Shown piece by piece: positions 20,520 to 31,886 of a DNA stretch of 64,000 nt (positions are counted from its first letter, which is position 1; each line of letters starts with the position of its first letter). Where the stretch lies: NCBI GenBank assembly GCA_963794945.1, contig CAWCFT010000013.1, forward strand, positions 10,606 to 74,605, read 5' to 3'. The stretch comes from Endomicrobiales bacterium (GTDB lineage: Bacteria; Elusimicrobiota; Endomicrobiia; Endomicrobiales; CAWCFT01). The notes beneath the pieces are model-generated. The model worked only from the letters and a program-made list of their open reading frames with translations, did no database searches and was not told where the DNA came from. A program made the position numbers and the translations under genes.

Positions 20520-22223
20520 ATGCAAAGAAATTTTAGAGACGATATATCTATTGTTATCTGCGGCGAGGCCGGCCAGGGCGTCCAAACCATAGAAAAGCTT
20601 CTGATAGGCGCTTTCAAAAGAGCCAGCATGAACGTGTTCGCGACTAAGGAATATATGTCGCGGGTCCGTGGAGGAAGCAACTCAACTGAGATAAGGATTT
20701 CTTCGGAAAAAAAGCGGAGTTACCTTAAGAGGATAGACCTTCTCGTGGCGCTCGACAAGGATTCTCTGTCTCATCTTGCAGGAAGGGTCACTGGCGAAAC
20801 GATCGTTATTGGAGAGAAAGAAAAGCTGCAAGCTGCTGCGGAGATAATCGATGTGCCTTTTTCAAGAATAGCCGCAGAAGAAGGTAGCGGTATTTTCGCG
20901 AATACAGCAGCGGCCGGATTTGTTTTGAGTCTTTTTAAGATCGATAAATCCATCTTGTTCGAATATCTAAAATCGTTGTTTTTGTCGAAGGGTGCTGATA
21001 TCGTGCAAAAAAATATATCAGCGGCCGAAAAAGGCTATGTTTTTGGCGCAGCTTTTGTAAGCGAAGGCCGCATAAATATAAGTGTCAAAGAAGATTCGAC
21101 CGTTAAAAACGATATTATCCTTGATGGAGCCGAATCTGTAGCGCTGGGCGCGGCGGCCGGCGGTTGCGATTTTGTGTTTGCCTACCCGATGACACCTTCT
21201 ACAGGGATACTTACCTTCCTATCAAAACACGCGGACAAGCTAGGCATTATAACCGAGCAAGCTGAGGACGAAATATCTGCGGTCAATATGGCGTTAGGCG
21301 CGTGGTACGCGGGTTCCAGAGGGTTTGTGGTGACTGCCGGGGGCGGATTCGCGCTTATGGCTGAGGCTTTGAGTTTATCTGGCATGATAGAAAGCCCGCT
21401 GGTCATAAGCCTTGGGCAAAGGCCGGCGCCGGCTACCGGTCTTCCTACGAGGACGGAGCAAGGCGACCTGGAACAGGCCCTTTATTCCGGCCACGGCGAG
21501 TTCCCGAGAATAATATTTTCGCCTGGAACGGTTGAGGAGGCCTTCTACATAACCCAGAAGGCTTTCAACCTTGCCGACAAATACCAGGTGCCTGTAATAA
21601 TCCTAAGCGATCAGTATCTTGCCGACTGTTATTACAATCTTCCAGCGGTCAACCCCGCGTCCGTGCCGGTGGATAAATATATTACAAAAACCGGCAATGG
21701 ATATAAAAGATACAGCTTCAGCGTAAACAATGATGGAGTATCGCCAAGAGGCATTCCGGGCAACGGCGAAGGGCTCGTTTGTGTTGATTCTGATGAGCAC
21801 GACGAAGAAGGGCACATAACCGAATCATCCGAAATAAGAAAGAAAATGGTGGATAAAAGGCTGGGGAAGCTGGAATTCCTTAAAAGAGGCGTAATGCCTC
21901 CGGAGTTTTACGGGCCGGCCCAATACGAAACGCTCATCATTGGATGGGGGTCAACGTTCGGGGCTATAAAGGAAGCCCTGGATGTAAGCGGCATAAAAAA
22001 TACATCCTATCTGCACTTCAAACAGGTTTATCCTCTGCATCCTTTTACCGAAGAATATATTAAAAAAGCTAAGAGAACAGTTATAATAGAGAATAACGCT
22101 ACGTCTCAGTTTGGAAAGATCATTAAACTGTATACCGGACACGAAATGCAGCACAAGATACTCAAGTACGACGGCATGCCGTTCAGCGTTGAAGAACTGA
22201 CGGAAGAATTTAGAAAGCTGTAG
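20520..22223 (+). CDS. 2-oxoacid:ferredoxin oxidoreductase alpha subunit (gamma-alpha fusion)
   Basis: [28 protein letters not shown]. Confidence 0.92.
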   Translation: MQRNFRDDISIVICGEAGQGVQTIEKLLIGAFKRASMNVFATKEYMSRVRGGSNSTEIRISSEKKRSYLKRIDLLVALDKDSLSHLAGRVTGETIVIGEKEKLQAAAEIIDVPFSRIAAEEGSGIFANTAAAGFVLSLFKIDKSILFEYLKSLFLSKGADIVQKNISAAEKGYVFGAAFVSEGRINISVKEDSTVKNDIILDGAESVALGAAAGGCDFVFAYPMTPSTGILTFLSKHADKLGIITEQAEDEISAVNMALGAWYAGSRGFVVTAGGGFALMAEALSLSGMIESPLVISLGQRPAPATGLPTRTEQGDLEQALYSGHGEFPRIIFSPGTVEEAFYITQKAFNLADKYQVPVIILSDQYLADCYYNLPAVNPASVPVDKYITKTGNGYKRYSFSVNNDGVSPRGIPGNGEGLVCVDSDEHDEEGHITESSEIRKKMVDKRLGKLEFLKRGVMPPEFYGPAQYETLIIGWGSTFGAIKEALDVSGIKNTSYLHFKQVYPLHPFTEEYIKKAKRTVIIENNATSQFGKIIKLYTGHEMQHKILKYDGMPFSVEELTEEFRKL

Positions 22224-22237
22224 ACATTGAGGAAAAT

Positions 22238-23110
22238 ATGACTGAAAAAACTAGCAATATTTTTGATATGGGGCAAATAGACATAGCCTGGTGTCCGGGG
22301 TGCGGGAATTTTGGCATTTTAAACACTGTAAAAGAAGCGCTTATCGAGCTTGAAATAAAACCCGAAAACCTGATCATGGTATCGGGAATAGGCCAGGCAG
22401 CGAAGTCTCCGCACTACATAAAGACTAACTTTTTTAACGGGCTGCACGGAAGGGCCTTGCCTCCAGCGACAGCGATCAAAGCTGTTAATCCTGGCATGAC
22501 GGTCATAGTTGAAAGCGGTGACGGGGATATCTACGGCGAGGGCGGGAACCATTTTATTCACGCGATCCGCAGGAATCCTGACCTGACGGTACTCGTTCAC
22601 GACAACATGGTCTATGGGCTTACGAAAGGCCAGGCGTCGCCAACGAGCCAGATGGGGTTTAAAACACCCATACAGGTCAGCGGTGTTTTTGAGGAATCCT
22701 TTAATCCGCTCGCGGTGGCTATATCGCTGGATGCTTCGTTCGTTGCCAGGGCTTTCATCGGCGACGTGGAAAAAACCAAAGAGATAATTAAAAAAGCGAT
22801 CACTCATAAAGGGTTTTCGCTGGTGGACATACTCCAGCCATGCGTCACATTCAATAAGGTGAACACCTTCCAGTGGTTCAAGTCGAACACGTATTACCTA
22901 GAAGATTCGTACACGCCTTTTGACAGGCAGGCGGCTTTTAATAGAGCAACAGAAACCAGCAAATACCCGCTAGGCATTTTTTACATAAAGGATAAGAAAA
23001 CCTTCGAAGATAATCTGGGCATTTATAAAGAAAGAAGGGATCCTCTCTGGCGGCGCGATGCCGGCGGCACTGCAGCTAAGATATCGGCAATACTTGAGGG
23101 CCTGAAATAG
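22238..23110 (+). CDS. 2-oxoacid:ferredoxin oxidoreductase beta subunit
   Basis: [25 protein letters not shown]. Confidence 0.93.
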   Translation: MTEKTSNIFDMGQIDIAWCPGCGNFGILNTVKEALIELEIKPENLIMVSGIGQAAKSPHYIKTNFFNGLHGRALPPATAIKAVNPGMTVIVESGDGDIYGEGGNHFIHAIRRNPDLTVLVHDNMVYGLTKGQASPTSQMGFKTPIQVSGVFEESFNPLAVAISLDASFVARAFIGDVEKTKEIIKKAITHKGFSLVDILQPCVTFNKVNTFQWFKSNTYYLEDSYTPFDRQAAFNRATETSKYPLGIFYIKDKKTFEDNLGIYKERRDPLWRRDAGGTAAKISAILEGLK

Positions 23111-23123
23111 GAAGATCGATACA

Positions 23124-23597
23124 ATGAAAGAAAAAATGACGATAATATTTTTCAGCGGGAGCCTTGATAAGGCTATGGCGATGCTTATACTGGCTTCTAC
23201 TGCGGCATCCATGGGCATGGAAGTAAGCGTATTCTTTACCTTCTGGGGGCTTAATTTTTTGAAGAAGAGAAAAAGATTTTCTGGAAAAAACATTCTGCAG
23301 AAAATGATGGAATTCATGATGCCAAAGAACATGGGTTCTCTGCCGCTTTCCGACCTGAACATGCTTGGGGCCGGGGCAAACATGATGAAGATGCTGATGT
23401 CCAAAAAAAAGATGCCGCCTCTTGAAGATCTTTTTGTTATGGCTAAAGAAATGAAAGTCAAGTTCTACGCTTGTTCTACTTCCTGTGGAATAATGGGGCT
23501 AGACAATGACAATATGATTGACGGAGTTGAAGATGTGGTGGGTGCTACTTCATTTCTCGGAATGGCCAAAGATTCCAAAATAAACCTGTTCATTTGA
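23124..23597 (+). CDS. DsrE/DsrF/DrsH-like (DsrE2) protein
   Basis: FSGSLDKA, FFTFWGL, FYAC, GATSFL..LFI. Confidence 0.85.
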   Translation: MKEKMTIIFFSGSLDKAMAMLILASTAASMGMEVSVFFTFWGLNFLKKRKRFSGKNILQKMMEFMMPKNMGSLPLSDLNMLGAGANMMKMLMSKKKMPPLEDLFVMAKEMKVKFYACSTSCGIMGLDNDNMIDGVEDVVGATSFLGMAKDSKINLFI

Positions 23598-23979
23598 TTG
23601 TTTTTTAGTTAAAAAAAGCCTATTATAGCGTCAAATTTACATGATCTTTCTCTATAGAAATACTCGAGATTAGTCATAAACGTTATTCACAGTGCCTATT
23701 TTATTATACACAATGGCATAATGATTGAAAATACAGTGTGTTCTTTATATTATATGTAATTGGTCAAAACTGTTATTAGACGGTATTTTGAATGATATTT
23801 CAACATTGCTTAAAGGATAACTTTCGAAAAAATATTGCCACACTGTAAAAAACAATATTAATAGCTGTAAAATGTGCCGCTAATAATATATTTTTGATGA
23901 AAAAATAACTTTTTTATTTTTAATTTTGTATAATGTGCTCAAAATATATCGAACAAAGTTTAAAAGCGAGTTATAACAA

Positions 23980-24984
23980 ATGATAAGAGTTCTAGTTATT
24001 GATGATTCGTTCTTCGTCAGAAAAGTCTTGGGTAAGGTGCTTTTCAGCGACGGCGAGATTGAAGTAGTGGGTGAAGCATCGAACGGCGCCGAGGGCATAC
24101 AAAAGCTCATCGAGCTCAACCCCGACGTTGTGTGTCTTGACATCGTTATGCCTTATGAAGACGGATCTATGGTGCTCGAGAAAATATTCAACTATCATCC
24201 CACCCCGGTTGTAGTAGTAAGCTCTGTTTCGACCCCGGTATCGGAAATCTCAAAGAACCTTCTCGAGCTTGGCATGATAGAGATCATCCAGAAACCAGAC
24301 TCACCCGAAAACCTTTCATTCATTCAGCAGGAGCTTATAAGAAAAATAAAATCGGCAGCGAAACTCAAAAAAGAAGTCATAAGCGAGGCGTACCACTCAG
24401 CCCGGAGATCCCCGAAGAGCGATGCGGCGAGCAAGATACTTGTTATCGGATGCCCTGTCAGCAGGCCTGTCCAGCTTGAGGAATTTCTTTCCGCGCTGCC
24501 AAAATTTATGGTTGCAGGAATAGTTGTAAGGCTTTTTATGTATACCCAGCTTATGGACCACTGGGTAGACAGAATTAAGAAATCTACTATGCTTTCAGGG
24601 AAGATCGCTGAGGATGGGGACATGATAATCCAGGGAAGGATACTCTTTTCACCCAACGACAAGGCGATAGAAATAAAACAGTTAACTAATGGCGGTGTTG
24701 TCTGCCTGGTAAATTCAGATAAAATGCAGAAGGATTATATAGATACGATGTTTGAATCTGCCTCTGTGGCTTTTAAAGAAAATACGATCGCTGTCTTGCT
24801 TTCGGAGATGGCGCTTGACGGCATGGAAGGACTAAAGGCCGTGAAAGCTAGAAGGGGCAGGACTTTTGTGGAAGTTTCTTCCCATCTGCCGGGTAAGATT
24901 ATAGATGATCATTTGGCCGACGCAGTTCTTACGCTGCCTGAGATAGCGGAAGAGGTTTCAAGGTTAATAGCGATAGACAGATGA
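23980..24984 (+). CDS. CheB-like response regulator with degenerate methylesterase domain
   Basis: Intact receiver (IDDS, CLDIVMP, KP). CheB-like C-terminal domain lacks the GASTGG and QHM motifs. Confidence 0.75.
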   Translation: MIRVLVIDDSFFVRKVLGKVLFSDGEIEVVGEASNGAEGIQKLIELNPDVVCLDIVMPYEDGSMVLEKIFNYHPTPVVVVSSVSTPVSEISKNLLELGMIEIIQKPDSPENLSFIQQELIRKIKSAAKLKKEVISEAYHSARRSPKSDAASKILVIGCPVSRPVQLEEFLSALPKFMVAGIVVRLFMYTQLMDHWVDRIKKSTMLSGKIAEDGDMIIQGRILFSPNDKAIEIKQLTNGGVVCLVNSDKMQKDYIDTMFESASVAFKENTIAVLLSEMALDGMEGLKAVKARRGRTFVEVSSHLPGKIIDDHLADAVLTLPEIAEEVSRLIAIDR

Positions 24985-25406
24985 AGAATTTCATTGTAAG
25001 GTGGTTGGTCAACACCGCAGGTATTATTATAGTAGCAAAGATAGTGCCGGGTATAGAAATAGCGCATTACAAAACTGCAGTTGTGGCGGCCCTAATATTG
25101 GGCCTGCTCAATTCTTTCATCAAACCCCTGATACTGGTAATAACGCTTCCTATCAACATTCTCTCACTAGGTATTTTTACGTTGTTCATCAATACGCTCA
25201 TGTTTTATGCTTCGGCAAGATTCGTCGAAGGTTTCAATATAGCCGGTTTCTGGAGCGCGTTCGCCGGGGCTCTCTGTCTTAGCGTGATCAGCTTCTTGCT
25301 GAACAATTTCAAGGGCTATGGGATAAAGGTTGATATAAGAACCGGACACCAGAAGCACGGCACACAAACCCGGCATACAGCGACGCGATCGATGCCGAAG
25401 TTGTAA
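24981..25406 (+). CDS. YvlD/DUF360 (4-TMS holin-like) membrane protein; true 3' end may be ~25459 after a frameshift
   Basis: ALILGLLNSFIKPL..ITLPINILSLGIFTLFIN. Confidence 0.85.
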   Translation: MKNFIVRWLVNTAGIIIVAKIVPGIEIAHYKTAVVAALILGLLNSFIKPLILVITLPINILSLGIFTLFINTLMFYASARFVEGFNIAGFWSAFAGALCLSVISFLLNNFKGYGIKVDIRTGHQKHGTQTRHTATRSMPKL

Positions 25407-25520
25407 AGCCAATGGATGAAGCAAAAGAAGACGATAAAGACAAGAAACTGCTCTCGTAAACCGCCTGCCGTTAATTCCCAATACTATTAAAATGAAATAT
25501 CATACCGTTGAGCACAAAAT

Positions 25521-25549
25521 AAAAACACCCCTGGTTACGGGGTGTTTTT
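25521..25549. terminator. Bidirectional intrinsic terminator between convergent genes
   Basis: AAAAACACCCC-TGGTTAC-GGGGTGTTTTT. Confidence 0.8.
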
Positions 25550-25636
25550 AAGCAATTGTCCCTCAAACGGCTAGTTGCTCTTGAAGCAATAAATATTTAG
25601 CATACGAACAATGGATTGTCAAGGGGATTTTGAGAG

Positions 25637-27736
25637 TCAGAACCCTGATTCTTCATCGGGTACTGGGTTTACTCCGGTGGCTGCACCGGATGTGTCGGTT
25701 GAGTAGTAGTCTTTCGGCTCGGTCCCTTTTATGAAAGCGTCGAGGTAGGCGCCGGTTGTTTTGGTTTGTGCCAGCAGGCCCGTTTTGGGGTCGATGAGGG
25801 CAAAAACCACGCCGTCCGGCGGTTTAAAGTTAAGCACAGGTTCGCCTTTGAGTGCGCCGGCCATAAAGTTTGTCCAGATAGGGCACGCTATCCTTCCGCC
25901 TGTCATCTTGTCGCCAAGGGAGACTCTTTCATCATAACCCACCCAGAACACCCGCTACAAGCTGTGGCGTATAGCCAATGAACCAAGCGTCGGAGAAGTC
26001 ATTGGTCGTTCCGGTTTTACCCGCGCAGGGGCGCCTCAGTTCTCTTCCGCGCCATCCCGGTGCCGCGTTCGACAACGCCTCTTAGTATATTTGTCATAAC
26101 AAAACACGTTCTGGGGAGATAACACTTCATGTTCAGAGGGAATATTTTCTTCCAACACTCTCCCGTTCTTGTCTTCAACACGGACTATCGCATATGGTTC
26201 TGTTTTAATCCCGCCGGAAGCGAGCACTGACATTGCATCCACCATTTCAAGAAGCGTCACATCGCTCGCCCCGAGAGCGAGCGAGAGAGTGTTGGTTAAT
26301 GAGCTGGTGATGCCCATGCGCCTTGCGTAATCAATGGCGCGCATGGGACCTATCTGATCCAAGACCTCTATTGCGCACATGTTGAGCGAATGCTCCAGCG
26401 CTGAACGCAAAAGCACCTTATTGTTATATTTCTTACCGTAATTTTCGGGTACCCAAACCTTCATGGGATCTTTGATCTCTTCCGGAGTAAGGGTCGCTAG
26501 AAAATCCGTGGTGCGAGCAGCAAGCCTCCAGTCGCGCCCGTCGTTAACGTATATCCGCGGGTTGTCATCAAGGACCGAGGCTGGCGTAAAACCGTTCTCT
26601 ATAGCCGCCGTATATATGAATGGCTTGAAGCTCGATCCGGGCTGGCGTTTTGCCTGGTATGCACGGTTGAACTGCGATTCCCTGAAATCCCTGCCGCCCA
26701 CAAGCGCCCTAATGCCGCCCGATTTCGGGTCTAGCGCCACCAGCGCCCCCTGAACTTTCATCGGCGTGGAATTGTGGAGCTCAAAATACGACATGCGTTC
26801 CGAATCGAAAGAAACAAGCCCCTCGCCCATCGCCTTTTCGGCCGCGGCTTGAGCCTGAAGGTCGAGCGTTGTGTAAATAGACATGCCGCCGCGGTAGATC
26901 ATCTGGTTGCCGTATTTTGGTTCGAGCTGGAGGCGTATATATTCAATGAAATATGGGGCGATAGCCGTGGGTATAGATACCTTCTCGCTGTTTATCGGAT
27001 ATAGATTGGCTTGCTTTTCTTCCTCTTCAGTTATGTATTTTAGTTCTCTCATCCGCCTCAAGACGGTCGCTCTTCTTGTCAGGGCGCGGGCCGGGTTATT
27101 GAAAGGGGAGTAGTAGTTAGGCGCGCGGGGCAGGCCGCCCAGCAGGGCGCACTCCGGAAGATTTCAGGTCTTTTGCATGTTTAGAAAAATATATCCTTGC
27201 CGCGCTCTCGACTCCGTAAGCGCCGGCGCCAAAATAGATCTGGTTAAGGTAAAGCTGGAAGATCTCTTCTTTGGAATAATTCCTTTCAAGCTCAACTGTG
27301 AGGAGCAGTTCTTTGACCTTCCTGGTTAGGTTCCTGTCAGGAGTAAGGAAAATAGTTTTTGCGAGCTGCTGTGTTATGGTAGATCCGCCCTGGGCGACCC
27401 TGCGTTTTATGACATTATTTAAAGCGGCGCGGGCGATGCCTTTCGGAGACACTCCCCAATGCTTGAAGAAATCGTTATCTTCTATGGATATCACTGCGTT
27501 TTGTAGGTCAACGGGTATTTCTTTTAGAGGTGTGAGCGTGCGGCGCTCAGTGAAGAGTTCAGTGACCAGGTTGCCTTTACAATCGAAAATCTTTGTGACA
27601 AGGCTCGGCGTGTAGTCCTCAAGGGTCGATATTGAAGGAAGGCTGGTAAACAGTGCCCTTAGATAAGCTGAACAGGCCGCGCGGATAAGAACACTGCGAA
27701 CACCGCGAATATAAATATTTTCTTTTTAGATAGCAT
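25637..27736 (-). CDS. Class A penicillin-binding protein (PBP1A), broken by several frameshifts
   Basis: Transglycosylase motifs IEDNDF..H.G and [10 protein letters not shown]; transpeptidase SSFK, SLN and AGKTGTT (near 26020) in successive frames. Confidence 0.88.
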
Positions 27737-27878
27737 TTTCAATCAATATTATAACTGAAAATCACGTATATGTCAAAACCTTGTATTTTTGAGGTTCGAG
27801 AGACTCCAAAACTTCCTTGATTTTTGTAGTAAGATTTGTTAAGATTATTAACACTATTTCAACCACGCGAGGTATAAT

Positions 27879-30376
27879 ATGCAAGCTGTTATTATGGCAG
27901 GAGGATTCGGTACCCGTCTTCGCCCGCTTACCTGCAACCTGCCAAAACCCATGGCTCCCATGGCGAACCGTCCAATGCTCTCCCACATTATAGACCTTTT
28001 AAAAGTTTACGGATTTACCGATCTTACAATGATGTTGTATTACCAGCCGGAAGTTATCTCCGGATATTTTGGCGACGGGGCTAAATCGGGGGTCAAGATC
28101 CGTTACCTTAAGCCAGAGTCCGACGTTGGAACTGCGGGTTCTGTCAAATTTTCCGAGAAACATCTTGCAGATACTTTTGTCGTGATCTCTGGGGACGTCC
28201 TTACGGATTTTGACCTTAAAAAAGCGGTCGAGTTCCACAATAAGAAAAAAGCCCTCGCCACGATAGTCCTTACGCGCGTTGCCAACCCTCTCCAGTATGG
28301 TGTGGTAATTACCGATGAGCACGGACGCATTGAGAGGTTCCTCGAAAAACCTTCGTGGGGAGAAGTTTTCTCCGACACGATCAACACCGGCATCTATATA
28401 CTTGACCCGGCAGTTCTTGAATTGATACCTTCAGATAAATCTTTTGATTTTTCAAAAGACCTTTTTCCGCTGATGCTTGAAGGCAACAAGGCCCTTTACG
28501 GCTACGTAGCCGAGGGCTATTGGAAGGACGTAGGCAATCACGACGAGTACCGCCTTGCCCATTACGATATACTTGACGGCAAGATCAACATCAACATTGA
28601 CGGCAAAAAGGTCAAGGTTGGCGGCTGAGAGATAACAGTTGGAGAAGGAACTGTTATAGAGGACGGGGTTGAGGTTGACGGGCAGGTCATCATAGGTAAG
28701 AACTGCACCATTGAGAAAGGTACAAAGCTCAGCCGCTCGGTTATTGGCTCGAACGTCAAGGTGCGTTCCAGGGCACAGGTCTTCGGCTCGATCATATGGG
28801 ACCACGCAGAGCTTGGTAACGAAGTGAGGCTCAAGGAAGCGGTTATTGGCGCGAAAACGAAGATCGGAGACAGAGCGGTTGTGCAGGTAGGGACTATAAT
28901 CTCAGATGGTTGCAACATAGGCGAAGAAGCGATAATAAGGACTAACTTAAGGATATGGCCGCACAAGACAGTCGAAGAAGGCGCTATACTTTCCACAAGC
29001 CTCGTCTGGGGCGAGAAATGGAACAGAGCGTTGTTTTCAGCTTACGGCATTACTGGGCTAGGCAACATCGAGATAACCCCAGAGTTCGCTGCAAAGATAG
29101 GTTCCGCTTACGGCGCATATATCGGTAAGGGCGCCTACGTAATAACTTCACGTGACGCCCACAGGGGCTCGCGCATGATCAAGAGGACTATGATATCAGG
29201 GCTTTTGTCCGCTGGCGTACGGGTGGGAGACCTGCGCACGGCGCCAATACCGGTCGTGAGGTACGAACTGGGCAAAGAGGGGGAAGCGGGCGGCATCCAC
29301 GTCAGGCAATCACCTTTCAACGGCCGCCTTATAGATATCAAATTCTTTGACTCTACCGGCAGTGATATTTCCATCCAGCAAGAGAAAGCGATAGAACAGC
29401 TATTTTTCCGTGAGGATTTCAAAAGGGCCAGTCTTGAAGAGGTTGGGGAGATAACCGTTCCTCCAAGAGCGCATGAATATTATAAGGGCGGGTTCTTAAA
29501 GACCGTAGACCGCAAAGCCGTGAGCACGGCTAATTTCAAGATAGTGCTTGACTATGCCTATTCATCGGCATCAATGATATTCCCTGCAATACTGGGAGAG
29601 CTTGGCATCGATGTCGTAACGCTCAACGCTTTTATTAACCCAAACAAAATAACTAAAACGGAGTCCGAGTTTAAGCACTCGCTAAACCAGCTCTCCGACA
29701 TAGTTACGACACTTAAGGCTGACGCGGGCTTCCTTATAGATACCGGTGCTGAAAAGGTCTTCCTTGTTGATGAACGCGGCAGGATACTGCCCGATGACCT
29801 AGCGCTCGTTCTTGTGTCCGACCTCGTAATGCGAAACTATAAAAAAGGGACCATAGCCGTTCCTGTACATGTCTCAAGCATAGTTGAGAAGCTCGCCAGC
29901 CGTTATGACATTAAAGTAAAACGCACTGCGACAAGCACCCGACAGATAAGCGCGCTGCAAAAGAAAAAGACGTGATATTCATAGCTGACTGCTCGGGTGG
30001 GTTCATATTCCCCGAGTTCCAGCCGGCGTTCGACGCGATGTACGCGATAAGCAAGATACTGGAAATGATGGCCAAAGAAAAAGTGCACCTCAATCGTATA
30101 AGCCGAGAGATACCTCCTTTCGAGGTGCTTCACAAAAAGATACCCTGCTCATGGGACAAGAAAGGCCAGGCCATGCGCTACGCCATCGAAGAGGCGAAGG
30201 GAAAAAGGTCCGAACTTATTGACGGAGTCAGGATATTCTTTAAGAATAGCTGGGTGCTTCTCCTTCCAGACGCGGATGAGGCGTACTTTCACATTTGGGC
30301 CGAATCCGATGACGAGAAGACCGCCAAGGAGCTTATGAGAGAATATTCTGAAAAAGTTAGAAAGTGGCAGGAATAA
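27879..30376 (+). CDS. Mannose-1-phosphate guanylyltransferase / LbH / phosphomannomutase-like fusion; in-frame TGA at 28626-28628 and frameshift near 29955
   Basis: MAGGFGTRLRPLT..PKP; hexapeptide repeats continue in the same frame after the TGA; PGM/PMM-like domains follow. Confidence 0.82.
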
Positions 30377-30409
30377 CCAACGATCTGTAATCTGTAATTG
30401 GAGTTTACA

Positions 30410-31847
30410 ATGATCAAATTTGGAACGTCTGGCTGGAGAGGTGTTATCGCGGACGAGTTCACTTTTGCAAATGTCAGGCTCGTCACACAGGCAATCAGCC
30501 GCTTACCTGAACAAAAAAGCGGACGAAGAAAAAAAGACACTCTGCTCCGTGGTTGTGGGTTACGACACGCGTTTCCTGTCCGAGAATTTCGCGCGCTGTT
30601 CAGCTGAAGTTCTCGCCGGCAACGGCATAAAAACACTCCTATGCAGCCGCAACACACCAACTCCAGTTATATCGTATGAGATACTCCGCAGAAAAGCCGA
30701 CGGCGGTATAAATTTTACCGCGAGCCGCAACCCTGCGCAGTACAACGGCCTCAAGTTCTCTCCTTCGTGGGGAGGGCCGGCGCTTCCTGAAACCACCCAG
30801 ATCATAGAAAAATACTGCAGGGAGATCAAGGCCCCGGAAATACGAAGCATGGAATTTTCCGAGGCAAAAGAACAAAAGCTTGTGGAAGTTATTGACCCCC
30901 GCCCAGCTTACCTAAAAAGAATAAGGCAATTAGTTGACCTAAAGAGCATCGGCAAAAGCCACATCAAGATAGCGATCGACCTCTTGAACGGCACAGGCGC
31001 CGGTTACCTCGACGAGCTCGTTGAAGAAACAGGCTGCAGGTGCAAAGTGATAGGCAAACAGCGCGACGTGCTTTTTGGAGGGCATGCGCCAGAACCGTCG
31101 AAAGAGAATCTCGGAGAACTTTTTGAAGTCATGAAAAAGGAATCCTGCCGCATAGGTATTTCCACTGACGGAGACGCCGACAGGTTCGGCATACTTGACA
31201 CTGACGGCAGTTTCATAAACCCGAATGAGACTATAGCCCTTCTTCTCTATCACCTTATAAAGACCAGGAAATGGAAAGGCGTCGCCGCGAGAAGCGTGAT
31301 GACAACGCACCTTATCGACAGGATAGCGGAAAAATTCGCGGTAGAAGTGCGCGAGACCCCTGTAGGTTTCAAATACATCGGCGAGGTGATGGTCAAGGAA
31401 GGAGACAAGTTCATCATAGGCGGGGAAGAATCCGGCGGGCTGACCATCAGAGGGCACATACCGGAAAAAGACGGTGTGCTTGCGTGCCTGCTGGTCGCAG
31501 AAATGGCCGCTATTTCAAAGAAGCCTTTGAGAAAGTCGCTCGAAGAGATTGAAAAGCTTGTAGGTACGGTCATCTCGGACAGAGTGAATTTCCATTTGCT
31601 GCCAGGAGAGATGGACGATTTCAGGTTGGCGCTTGAAAAAAGACAGCCGCAAACCTTCGACGCGCTTAAGGTCAAAAAGACAGTCACTCTTGACGGCCAC
31701 AAGTTCATACTTGAAGACGGTTCCTGGATAGGGTTCAGGCTCTCGGGAACCGAACCGGTGGTTAGAATGTATGTTGAGTCGGATTCAAAGATAAAGATAA
31801 AAAAACTTATATCTGCCGGAAAAAAGTTCGTGTCCGGCGGCAAGTGA
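30410..31847 (+). CDS. Phosphoglucomutase/phosphomannomutase, frameshift near 30500
   Basis: IKFGTSGWRG, TASRNP, DGDADR, GEES, RLSGTEP. Confidence 0.9.
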
Positions 31848-31886
31848 AAAGCAGGAAAGAGGTCGGTGCATTTTGACGGTAAAAGA

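Noticed and set aside
24981..25406. Prophage, suggested by the holin-like family
   Set aside because: YvlD/DUF360 proteins are common chromosomal genes and no phage genes are nearby.
10328..25628. Identical 14-mer ATTGTCAAGGGGAT at 10328 and 25615
   Set aside because: Several exact 14-mer pairs are expected by chance in 64 kb, and the flanks do not align.
28626..28628. Alternative genetic code (UGA = Trp or Gly)
   Set aside because: Many genes in the window end at TGA, often in ATGA overlaps, and I saw only one internal TGA.
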